DNA of 64,000 nt from an uncultured Phycisphaerales bacterium. Lineage in GTDB: Bacteria; Planctomycetota; Phycisphaerae; Tepidisphaerales; Tepidisphaeraceae. Under the pieces are notes generated by a model. It was given only the letters and a program-made list of their open reading frames with translations. It made no database searches and had not been told where the DNA came from. Shown in pieces: positions 44,245-53,506 of this stretch (within the stretch, counting starts at the first letter, position 1; each line of letters begins with the position of its first letter). The stretch spans positions 1,248,001 through 1,312,000 of the forward strand of contig CAVWLP010000002.1 of assembly GCA_963755915.1 (NCBI GenBank). Direction: 5' to 3'. Made by a program: the position numbers and the translations under genes.

Positions 44245-44731
44245 GTGTTCCTTTCGATGAGTCTGCGGTCATGATACGGCAGTTGCGAGTCCTGCGCCAG
44301 AGATGCCCATGGACGAGCATCCCCTATTTGGTGTCCCCCTCGTCCTCCTTAACCCGTTCGGTGAGGGCGAAGCCCTCTGTCGGTTGGTTCCTCTCCCCTC
44401 CCAGAGATCGTGTCGAGAAACCCGTTGCGGTGCTGTGAAGCACCAACCGAGTCCCCCGTGAGGGGGACGAGGAGCCGGACTTTTTCTCCGAGCGTGAGCG
44501 AGAGGAACCGATGAACGTGAGTGAGGCGGTTCCGACAGAGAAAAAGGACGGCTGTCGGGGGGTGCGAGAGACAATAAATCAGCCGGAAACCTTTGTAGCG
44601 CAAGGCTCAAATGAAAACAGGGGGTATCCCCAGGCGGGGATACCTGTGGGGATACCCAAAAAACGATACAGGACTAGTCATTCCCAGGCAGGGTTGTCCT
44701 TGAAAAACTCTCTGACTGCTGTGAGTAACTC

Positions 44732-44759
44732 GTCACGAGTTCGAATCCCGTCTACTCCG
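44732..44759 (+). other. tRNA 3'-end fragment (att-like site)
   Basis: GTCACGAG-TTCGAAT-CCCGT-CTACTCC-G is a T arm plus acceptor 3' strand, with no matching 5' half upstream. Confidence 0.7.
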
Positions 44760-44858
44760 CTCCAATTTCGAGCCCCTGTCTTATGCGATAGACAGGATCT
44801 TCCTCTCCTACCGGGCATTCGATATCCCCCCGTAATATCTCTACAATCGCCCGATCAA

Positions 44859-45509
44859 ATGTTCCGCCAGGTCCCAAACGCCCTCACTGGCTCGCGCCTT
44901 CTGCTTGCCGGTGTCTTCTTCGCGATGCTCGCCTACTACCAGAACCAGAGCACCGTCGCCCGCCACGGCGACGTGGTCTGGCTCAACATCGCCCTGGCAA
45001 TTTACGTCGTCGCCCTGGTCACCGATTTCCTCGACGGCTATCTGGCCCGCAAATGGAAAGTCGAAGGCGCCTTCGGCCGGGTGGTCGACCCGTTCGTTGA
45101 TAAGGTTCTGGTCCTCGGCAGCTTCATTTTCTTTGCCGGGAAAAATTTCACGGAAGTCACGAGCGCCCAGAACGTCACCACGATCACCGGCGTTGCCCCG
45201 TGGATGGTGGTCGTCATCCTCGCCCGCGAGCTGCTCGTGACCAGCCTGCGCGGCAGCATGGAAAGCACCGGCCACGCATTCGGGGCGCAGCTCAGCGGCA
45301 AGCTGAAAATGGGGTTCCAATCCGCCGCCATTTTGGTGATCCTCCTCTACGTCAACTACCGCACCCGTCTTGATTCCCAGACGCTGCTGGTCGCCCAGAT
45401 CCTGCGCAACATCAGCATCTGGGGAACGCTGCTCATCACCGTCACCAGTGGGTTGATGTATGTTCAAAAGGCTGTGAAGCTTTTCTGCGAGCACGGCAAC
45501 GCACTTTAA
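44859..45509 (+). CDS. pgsA: CDP-diacylglycerol--glycerol-3-phosphate 3-phosphatidyltransferase
   Basis: PNALT, DFLDGYLAR, GRVVDPFVDK, ARELLVT, GKLKM. Confidence 0.9.
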   Translation: MFRQVPNALTGSRLLLAGVFFAMLAYYQNQSTVARHGDVVWLNIALAIYVVALVTDFLDGYLARKWKVEGAFGRVVDPFVDKVLVLGSFIFFAGKNFTEVTSAQNVTTITGVAPWMVVVILARELLVTSLRGSMESTGHAFGAQLSGKLKMGFQSAAILVILLYVNYRTRLDSQTLLVAQILRNISIWGTLLITVTSGLMYVQKAVKLFCEHGNAL

Positions 45510-45543
45510 AGCCCCGTATGAAGAAATTCTCAGGGCCTATCTG

Positions 45544-46149
45544 ATGAATCCTGGCGCGGCCAGACGAAGTGGATTTCGCTCGCGTGCAAGAAGCGACGAC
45601 GAGCAGTATTGTAAGGAAATACGGCGAGAAGGAGCGACGCCGCACGTGAGCGAAAGACACGAGTATGGACCGCGAGGATTCATCAGACAGGCCCTCATCA
45701 CCATGGGCGGCGTCGGATTCCTGCCCGCCTCCGGCACCTTCGCCAGCCTGCTGACTTGTCTGATCCTCCTTCCCATCCTCGCGTTTCTGCCCTACCTCTG
45801 GCAAAACATCGCCGCCGCCGCGGGTCTGTTGATCTTTTCCGCGATGAACATCGCCCTGGCCCCCTGGGCCATCGCCAAATTCGGCGACAAAGACCCCGGC
45901 CAATTCGTCCTCGACGAAGCCGCCGGAATTTGCCTGACGATGCTGTTCCTACCCCCGCGCACCGGCTGGGAAATCTGGATCAACCTCGCCGCCGCGTTCG
46001 TTGCCTTCCGCATCTTTGACATCACCAAGCCTCCGCCGGCACGGCAGCTTGAGCGTTTGCCCATGGGCTGGGGAATCCTCATGGACGACCTCGCCGCTGC
46101 GGTCTACGCGAATCTGCTTTGCCAGGTAATTTTGCGATTTGTGTTTTGA
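45544..46149 (+). CDS. pgpA: Phosphatidylglycerophosphatase A
   Basis: ASGTFAS, DPGQFVLDE, FRIFDITKP, GWGILMDD. Confidence 0.9.
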   Translation: MNPGAARRSGFRSRARSDDEQYCKEIRREGATPHVSERHEYGPRGFIRQALITMGGVGFLPASGTFASLLTCLILLPILAFLPYLWQNIAAAAGLLIFSAMNIALAPWAIAKFGDKDPGQFVLDEAAGICLTMLFLPPRTGWEIWINLAAAFVAFRIFDITKPPPARQLERLPMGWGILMDDLAAAVYANLLCQVILRFVF

Positions 46150-46238
46150 CCCTATTTCCCCCGCCCCCGGTAATCCGGGGGAGGGCAAGGGAGGGGGTTC
46201 GCGCACTCGGCCCCCGAGAGAAATCCATCCCCGCTCCT

Positions 46239-48203
46239 TCACACTTTCTCACTTTCACACCACTCCCCCCACATCTCGCGATACGCCCCCTCCACCCCCC
46301 GCGCAAACCGCGCCCGATTCATGATCGGCGACCCCCGCATCCTCTCCCGCATCGACATCCGCACTTCCGCCAGCCGCGGCAGATCCTTCGCCAGATCGCT
46401 GGCGGTTTGAACATACTGCTCCACCGATTCCGCGATCAATTCCGGCAGCTCCAGATTCCGCAGGATGCTCACGCCGCTTCTTCCTACCCCCGTTCTCCCA
46501 CTTAGCGTCACCGTGGGCACACCCATCCACGCGGCATCGCACGTGGTTGTCCCGCCGGTGTATGGAAATGGTTCCAGGGCAATATCGATCTCACCATGCA
46601 TCCCCAGAAATTCCACGAAGGGAACTCTTCCAACAAACATAACTCGCTGCGGATCGATTCCCGCACTCTTAAACATCTCGCCTACGCGCTGGCGATGTCC
46701 TCCCTCCGGCGCATGCAAAATAAGCTGCGACCCCGGCACCGCCTGCAGCAACCGAATCCACGCATCCAGCGCCCCCGGCGAAACCTTGCAGAAATTGTTC
46801 AAGCTCCCAAACGTCACGAATCCATTCGCCTGCGCCGGACACGGGGTCACCTCCGGCGCCTGCGCATCCAGCTCGTAGCACCAGTACGTCTCCGGCAATC
46901 GCACCGTCTTTTCCGAGTAAATCCCCTCGTCCATCCCCGGCGGATCGAGATGCGGATCCGTGAGCCGGTAATCGATCGTGCTCACCCCTGTCGTCGAGCA
47001 GTACGCCAGATAGGTCGCCTGCACCGGCGCCGGCTTCTGGGCGAAGACCAGCATCCGGTTCCCCGCCATGTGCATGGTCAGGTCGACCAGGATGTCGATC
47101 TGATCCACCCGGATCATCGCGGCCACGGCGTCGTTGGAAAGCCCCATGGTGCTTTTCCACTGCCCCGCACAGGCGCGAATCTTTTCCGTCAGCCCGTCGG
47201 GCCGGGCGACATCCGCGTAGCAAAATATCTCGAATTCTTTCCGATCATGCGCCGCCAGCAGCGGCAAAATAAATCGCCCCACCGGATGGTAGCAAAAGTC
47301 CGGCGACACGTAGCCGATTCTCAATGGCCGATCGGCGCTGGCCTCGTTCCTGTGCGGCCGGACCAATTTCCTCAGCGGCTCGGCATGGTGCGCATTCCAT
47401 CGGCGATGCTCCTCAAAAATCATCTTCGCGTCGTAGGCCGGATCGAAGTGCAGCGCGTAAAGCAGATTGCTGTGCGCTGAGCTGTCATTGGGACGCAGCG
47501 AAACCGCCCGCCGGTACGATGCGATCGCGCGGTCCATCTGTCCCATGTCCTTCAGCACGTTGCCAAGCTGGTTATACGTTTCGGAAAACTGCGGATTAAG
47601 CTGTGCCGCCCGGCGAAGGGGGGTCATCGCCTCATCCAGCTTCCCCCGGTCCTTCCAGAGCACGCCAAGATTTACCAAGGCCTCCAGATAATTCGGGTTG
47701 ATCTCAATCGCCCGCTGATAAGCGGCAATCGCCTCCTCAAATTCCCGCCGGCGCGCGAGCGCGTTTCCCAGGTTGTTATATGCCTCCGCCGAATTGGGAT
47801 TGATCTCGATCGCCCGCCCGGCTGCTTCAATCGCCCCATCGAGCTTTCCCAGGTCTTTCAGCGCCGCCGACAGATTGCAGAGCGAAATAGCATCCTTCGG
47901 ATTCAGCTCCAGGGCTCGCTTATAGGCCGTCACCGCTTCCTCCAGCCTTCCCCTGCGACAAAGCGAATTCCCCAAATTTATATGCGCCTCCCGATACTCC
48001 GGCTTGATCGCAACGGCCCGCCCGATCAATTCAATCGCCTTCTCATCATCCCCAAGCTGCCCGGCAACGAGCCCAAGCAAATTCAACGCCCCCGCATGAT
48101 TCGCATCCCGCTCCAGCACCTTTCGATAGACTTCCTGTGCATCCGCCAGCCTACCGGCCCGATGATGCGCTACGCCGGTCTCAAATTGCTTTTGGAGGTC
48201 CAT
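46239..48203 (-). CDS. TPR-containing O-GlcNAc transferase (SPINDLY/GT41-like)
   Basis: Tandem TPRs, then LRIGYVSPDF..HPV, KPAPVQ, TTTCDAAWMGVP. Confidence 0.9.
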   Translation of the reverse strand: MDLQKQFETGVAHHRAGRLADAQEVYRKVLERDANHAGALNLLGLVAGQLGDDEKAIELIGRAVAIKPEYREAHINLGNSLCRRGRLEEAVTAYKRALELNPKDAISLCNLSAALKDLGKLDGAIEAAGRAIEINPNSAEAYNNLGNALARRREFEEAIAAYQRAIEINPNYLEALVNLGVLWKDRGKLDEAMTPLRRAAQLNPQFSETYNQLGNVLKDMGQMDRAIASYRRAVSLRPNDSSAHSNLLYALHFDPAYDAKMIFEEHRRWNAHHAEPLRKLVRPHRNEASADRPLRIGYVSPDFCYHPVGRFILPLLAAHDRKEFEIFCYADVARPDGLTEKIRACAGQWKSTMGLSNDAVAAMIRVDQIDILVDLTMHMAGNRMLVFAQKPAPVQATYLAYCSTTGVSTIDYRLTDPHLDPPGMDEGIYSEKTVRLPETYWCYELDAQAPEVTPCPAQANGFVTFGSLNNFCKVSPGALDAWIRLLQAVPGSQLILHAPEGGHRQRVGEMFKSAGIDPQRVMFVGRVPFVEFLGMHGEIDIALEPFPYTGGTTTCDAAWMGVPTVTLSGRTGVGRSGVSILRNLELPELIAESVEQYVQTASDLAKDLPRLAEVRMSMRERMRGSPIMNRARFARGVEGAYREMWGEWCESEKV

Positions 48204-48332
48204 GTGCCCACGTATTGTAAATTGTAGATGCGATTCGTGCTTCTGGCCCACCCGGGGTGTCCACCCCCAAACGCTTAGTTGCACACGGGAATCTGAAACA
48301 TTCGTCCCATTTACTGGAAAGGAACGGCTTAT

Positions 48333-49157
48333 ATGCCCACCATCACCACCAAAGACTCAGTGGAAATCTATTTCAAGGACTGGGGCACCGGACAGCCCAT
48401 CGTATTCAGTCACGGCTGGCCCCTCAGCGCCGACGACTGGGACACGCAAATGATGTTCTTCCTGGCTCACGGCTATCGCGTCATCGCCCATGACCGCCGG
48501 GGTCACGGCCGCTCCACCCAAACCAGCGACGGACACGACATGGACCACTACGCCGACGACCTCGCCGCGGTCACGGCGCACCTCAACTTAAAAAATGCCG
48601 TCCACGTCGGCCACTCCACCGGCGGTGGCGAGGTCACTCGCTACATCGGCCGCCACGGCCCAAGCCGCGTGGCCAAGGCAGTCCTCATCAGCTCGGTACC
48701 CCCGCTGATGGTCAAGACCCCCGCCAACCCCGGCGGTCTGCCCAAGGAAGTCTTCGACAACCTTCAATCCCAACTGGCCGAAAACCGCAGCCAGTTCTAC
48801 CTCGATATCCCCACCGGACCCTTCTACGGCTTCAACCGCCCGGGCGCAAAAACGTCCCAGGCGATGATTCAAAATTGGTGGCGCCAGGGCATGATGGGCG
48901 GAGCCAAGGCCCACTACGACGGAATCGTCGCCTTCTCCCAAACCGACTTCACCGAGGACTTGAAGAAGTTCACCGTGCCCACTCTGGTAATGCACGGAGA
49001 TGACGATCAGATCGTCCCCTATGCCGACTCCGGGCCCAAGAGTGCCAAGCTGGTGAAGGGCGCGATCCTGAAAACGTACAAGGGCTTCCCGCATGGCATG
49101 CCCACGACGAATGCAGAGCAGATCAATGCCGATCTGCTTGCGTTCATCAAAAGCTGA
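48333..49157 (+). CDS. Non-heme chloroperoxidase-type alpha/beta hydrolase
   Basis: [32 protein letters not shown]. Confidence 0.92.
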   Translation: MPTITTKDSVEIYFKDWGTGQPIVFSHGWPLSADDWDTQMMFFLAHGYRVIAHDRRGHGRSTQTSDGHDMDHYADDLAAVTAHLNLKNAVHVGHSTGGGEVTRYIGRHGPSRVAKAVLISSVPPLMVKTPANPGGLPKEVFDNLQSQLAENRSQFYLDIPTGPFYGFNRPGAKTSQAMIQNWWRQGMMGGAKAHYDGIVAFSQTDFTEDLKKFTVPTLVMHGDDDQIVPYADSGPKSAKLVKGAILKTYKGFPHGMPTTNAEQINADLLAFIKS

Positions 49158-49484
49158 CGGGCATTCCGTGTAGTTGCGGCGAACCAAGGGTGAACGCAGA
49201 TTTGCGATCGAGCGCTCCGCGCATTTCTCTCTCTCCCGGTAATCCGGGAGAGGGCAAGCGGGCGTAAGCTCGCGCGGGTGAGGGCCTTGAGCGCGTTAGT
49301 TTTTTCCATTGCCGTCATTCCATGCCTCTCCTCTTCGAGCCCGAGGTTCAGAGCCGTAGGTAGTCGAGCGGCGCTGCCATGCGGTCCGAATTTCTGGAAT
49401 TTCTCCCGCTGCAAAAAATGAAGAGGTTTCGCGCAGAGGCGCGGAGAATGAAATAGGTATTTGTCGCCTCTCTCAGCGCCTCTG

Positions 49485-51457
49485 GTGCGTCAGTGAAACC
49501 GGTTTTGTCTTGTGAACTGAAAGGAGTTCACCATGGAATGACCCGTTAGCCGTGTAGCCGCCCGGGCGTGACGACGGAGCAATCGGTCGCGCGAAGCCCC
49601 GGAAGGCGAAGGCGCGAGCCGTAGCGTTAAGCGAACCCAAACCAGCCTCGTTACGCCAATGGGAGTGGCCAACCCGTCAGAGAGGGCCAAGCCGGCGCGG
49701 ACGATGAAGCAGCGGGTGCGAGCAATCGTCCGGCTCCTCGGGGTCGATGGGGACGGCGCGTGCCGACAGACAAGATCGGGAACTGAGAGACCCCACGCAT
49801 CGTTGTGCGGCTCGTTGGAAAGACATAACCAAGGGACGGGAAGCGTGGGGAGTCGGATGGGCTCATAGTAGCTGAGAAGCGGGGTAATGCCCGTGAGCGG
49901 AGGCGAAGCCTGCCGCGAGCCAAGGAGCCCTGACGGTATCGAGCGGAAGTAAGAAGAAGAGAGGCCCGCTTGCAGGGACAACCTGACAGTACGGATGATC
50001 CGACAGACTTGCCGGAGCACCTGAGGGTGAACTCCAGGGGTCTGCCGGGGAAAGTCTTTCTTCTGAGACAGAAGCTATACCTCAAAGCCAAGCGGGAACC
50101 GGGGTTTCGGTTTTACACCTTGTACGACCGGATCTGCCGGCGCGATGTTCTGGAAGCGGCGTGGGACCGGGTGTCCGCCAACGGCGGGGCGCCCGGCTTG
50201 GACGGGGTGAGCATCGAGAAGGTGCAAAACTCCGAGCACGGCGTCAGTGGATTCCTGAGCGAGATCGAAGAATCGCTCAAGACCCGCACCTACCGCCCGC
50301 AGCCGGTGAAGCGCGTGTACATTCCCAAAGCCAACGGCAAGCGGCGTCCATTGGGCATCCCCACGATCCGAGATCGCGTGGTGCAGATGGCGGTGCTGCT
50401 GCTCATCGAGCCGATCTTCGAGGCGGATTTCCTGGACTGTTCGTATGGATTCCGTCCCGGTCGCTCGGCTCACGATGCGCTGGAGGCGATCAAGCAAAAC
50501 CTCCAGCAGGGCCGAAGGGAAGTGTATGACGCGGATTTGCAGTCGTACTTCGACACGATTCCCCATGAGAAACTGATGGCGTGTGTCCAGAAGCGGATCA
50601 CGGACGGAAGCGTGCTGAAGCTGATCCGGATGTGGCTGAAGGCGGTGATCGTCGAAGAAGGCGAGAAGCCCGGCGATCCACCGAAAGTCACCCGGAGCAA
50701 ACAGGGAACGCCGCAGGGCGGAGTGATCTCGCCGCTGCTGGCCAACCTATATCTGCACTGGTTTGATAAATTGTTCCACCGATCCGATGGCCCGCATCGC
50801 TGGGCGAACGCCCGGCTGATCCGGTACGCCGACGACTTTGTCATCATGGCAAGGTATATAGGCCCTCAGATCAAGCAGTTCGTGGAACGCACGCTGCAAG
50901 GCCGGTTTGATCTGACGATCAACACCGACAAGACCCGCACGGTGAAGTTGAAAGAGCCGGGCGAAAGTCTGAACTTTCTCGGGTACAGGTTCCGGTACGA
51001 CCGGAGCCTGCAAGGCGGGCCGGGGCGTTATCTGAACCTCTGTCCTTCGAGCAAGTCGATGCAGCGTGAGCGGGACAAATTGCGGGAGATGACCGGACCC
51101 GAAGCAGGCTTTGTGCCCATCCCGGCGTTGATCGTACAGATCAACGAGCACCTGAGAGGATGGGCCAACTACTTCGGCAAAGGCTATCCGCGCAAGGCGT
51201 TCCGTCAGATCAACCGATTTGTGCAGGAGCGACTGGAACGACACCTTAAACGTCGCAGCCAGCGTCCGTTCCGTGTGCGCGGAGCGAGGAGCTGGTACGA
51301 ACAGTTGCAGCGTCTGGGCCTCATCAGCCTGCGACCTGTTCCGACCGTGAATGCTTGAGAAGAACAATACCGTGAGAGCCGGATGCGGGAAACCCGCTCG
51401 TCCGGTTCGAAGAGGGAGAGCTGAGCGGCAATCGGGTCGTTCAGTTCTCTACTCTAC
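49485..51457 (+). mobile_element. Group II intron (IIB-like) with RT/maturase ORF
   Basis: 5' GTGCG at 49485; domain V GAGAGCCGGATGCGGGAAACCCGCTCGTCCGGTTCG; domain VI hairpin ending CTCTAC at 51457. The rejoined flanks restore a palindrome arm. Confidence 0.93.
49970..51358 (+). CDS. ltrA: Group II intron reverse transcriptase/maturase, no endonuclease domain (start uncertain)
   Basis: [44 protein letters not shown] domain GWANYF; no HNH after it. Confidence 0.95.
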   Translation: MQGQPDSTDDPTDLPEHLRVNSRGLPGKVFLLRQKLYLKAKREPGFRFYTLYDRICRRDVLEAAWDRVSANGGAPGLDGVSIEKVQNSEHGVSGFLSEIEESLKTRTYRPQPVKRVYIPKANGKRRPLGIPTIRDRVVQMAVLLLIEPIFEADFLDCSYGFRPGRSAHDALEAIKQNLQQGRREVYDADLQSYFDTIPHEKLMACVQKRITDGSVLKLIRMWLKAVIVEEGEKPGDPPKVTRSKQGTPQGGVISPLLANLYLHWFDKLFHRSDGPHRWANARLIRYADDFVIMARYIGPQIKQFVERTLQGRFDLTINTDKTRTVKLKEPGESLNFLGYRFRYDRSLQGGPGRYLNLCPSSKSMQRERDKLREMTGPEAGFVPIPALIVQINEHLRGWANYFGKGYPRKAFRQINRFVQERLERHLKRRSQRPFRVRGARSWYEQLQRLGLISLRPVPTVNA

Positions 51458-51887
51458 CGTGAGATTCTTCTGAAGATGCCCCAACCCATTACAGATTCTT
51501 TCGAATTTCAAAAATCTCAACCCAAAAATTCCCAGATTTCCCCAAAATAGGTACAAAACGTACACCCTTTGGACCTGTATATAGAGCTGCAATGTTTTTT
51601 CTCGCAGCCCCTATGTCAACCCTGTCCAACGAATCCCCATTGATCCCGGAACGCCCACCGCGCCGCGGTGGGGAAATCTCGCGATCCGATCATCAACCCC
51701 CCTTTCCTCCAAAAGTGGGAAATTTTGGGAAAATGTGAGTAATCCCCGTTCTTCCAACCTCACCGAACCCCAACTGCGCGCCCAGCGAAGGGGCTCCCCA
51801 GTTCAACCCTGTGGCGTCAACATTTATCTGAATGGTATATTACCCCCGGAATTTGATTCACAGGGTTTCCCAGCGGAGGGCACGAGA

Positions 51888-52514
51888 ATGACCCTGCACC
51901 GCGCCTCCTTGCTACTGCTGGCGGCAATCGGACTCCAGATCGGCGGATGCGGAAAAGAGTCCGCATCCCCGGCAACGCCAACACCAACGTCATCAACCGC
52001 CAACGTCCCCGCCGATCCCGCGCCAACCGCGCGGCAAAGCGTCTCAATCCCCGGCGTCCCCCTCGTCCTCTCCATTCCCGCCGACTGGAACGTCGTCGCC
52101 CCGGTCACCGAGGCCTACCTGGTCGGACCCGGCATAAGGATCGCCGTCACCACGCTCGATTACATGGACGACACCCGCCGCCGCCTTTTTGTGAGCGAGA
52201 TTCTCGACCAGGGCCGCGAACATCCCTATCGCATTCACGCCCGCGAGCTAAAAGATGCCGATGGAATGCAGGTGATCGAAAAGGTCGCCTACCTCGACAT
52301 GCCCGCCGTTTCCCCCTCAAAGCCCCCGCCGGCGACCGAGCCCTCCCAGCGCCTCTTCTGGACCGCCACCATCTTCGTCCCCGATCAGAACCGCTTCATT
52401 CCCTGCAGCCTGGAGCTGGCGAACATCACCGAAGCGGAGTATGAAGCCGACGAGGCCTCCGTCGAAACCATCGTCAAAACCGCCCACCAGGGCCAGCTCC
52501 CCAACCTGCAATGA
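51888..52514 (+). CDS. Putative lipoprotein
   Basis: Signal peptide with lipobox-like IGGC, then a Pro/Thr linker. Confidence 0.65.
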   Translation: MTLHRASLLLLAAIGLQIGGCGKESASPATPTPTSSTANVPADPAPTARQSVSIPGVPLVLSIPADWNVVAPVTEAYLVGPGIRIAVTTLDYMDDTRRRLFVSEILDQGREHPYRIHARELKDADGMQVIEKVAYLDMPAVSPSKPPPATEPSQRLFWTATIFVPDQNRFIPCSLELANITEAEYEADEASVETIVKTAHQGQLPNLQ

Positions 52515-53506
52515 ACATCCGCAAAACCCGCCTCGCCCCCTCGCCCACCGGCGCACTGCACCTCGGCAACGCCAGGACGTTTCTGGCCAACTGGCTCCTC
52601 GCCCGCCAGAAAGGCTGGCAAATCCTCCTGCGAATCGAAGACCTCGACGGCCCGAGAATCAAAACCAGCGCCGATCGCCTGCTCATCGAAGATTTGCAAT
52701 TTCTCGGCCTCGACTGGGACGAAGGCCCGATCTATCAGTCCTCGCGAACCGCCGATTATCGGGCCGCCATCGATTTACTGATCGCCCGCGGCCTCGCCTA
52801 TCCCTGCATATGCAGTCGGCGCGAAGTCGAGCTGGCCGCCAGCGCTCCCCACGCCGAAGACGGCGCCAGCATCTATCCCGGCACCTGCCGGGGAAAGTTC
52901 GATTCGATCGAATCCGCCGAAAAGGCCTCAGGCCGCAAACCGGCGATCCGGTTCGCCGCACCCGACCGCGACGTGCAGTTCAATGACGGCTTTGCCGGCC
53001 CGCAGAGCATCAACGTCGCCCGGCGTCTGGGCGATTTCGTCATCGCCAAATCGGACGGCACCGCCGCCTATCAATTGGCCGTCGTCGTGGACGATCTCGC
53101 CGCCGGCATCACCGATATCGTTCGCGGCAACGACCTCCTCGAATCCACCTTCCGCCAAATCCTCATTTACGATTCCCTCCGTCTTCCCCCCGCCCCCGGT
53201 AATCCGGGGGAGGGTAGGGGAGGGGGTTTTCTGCCCAGCTACATCCACCTTCCCCTCGTTGTCGGCCAAGACGGCCGCCGCCTCGCCAAACGCCACGGCG
53301 ACACCCGGGTCGAAACCTATCGCCGCCAGGGCGTCGCCCGCAGCCGGATCCTGTCGCTTCTCGCCAAATGGTGCGGGGTCCAGGATTGGGAAAACCTCGT
53401 CGATGATCCCCGCCATTTGATCCCGCGATTCGAACTGACGAGAATCCCGCCGTCGCCGATCGTTTTCACGTCGGCGGACGACGCCTGGCTGCGGCAAACC
53501 GGATGA
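52511..53506 (+). CDS. gluQ: tRNA glutamyl-Q(34) synthetase
   Basis: RLAPSPTGALHLGN, LRIEDLD, CICSR, YPGTC, YQLAVVVDD, RLAKR; no anticodon-binding domain. Confidence 0.9.
   Translation: MNIRKTRLAPSPTGALHLGNARTFLANWLLARQKGWQILLRIEDLDGPRIKTSADRLLIEDLQFLGLDWDEGPIYQSSRTADYRAAIDLLIARGLAYPCICSRREVELAASAPHAEDGASIYPGTCRGKFDSIESAEKASGRKPAIRFAAPDRDVQFNDGFAGPQSINVARRLGDFVIAKSDGTAAYQLAVVVDDLAAGITDIVRGNDLLESTFRQILIYDSLRLPPAPGNPGEGRGGGFLPSYIHLPLVVGQDGRRLAKRHGDTRVETYRRQGVARSRILSLLAKWCGVQDWENLVDDPRHLIPRFELTRIPPSPIVFTSADDAWLRQTG

Noticed and set aside
49970-51358. RT as a retron, DGR or defence RT
   Set aside because: It has an X/maturase domain and is enclosed by canonical group II 5' GTGCG and domain V/VI. 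No TR/VR pair or msr-msd was seen.
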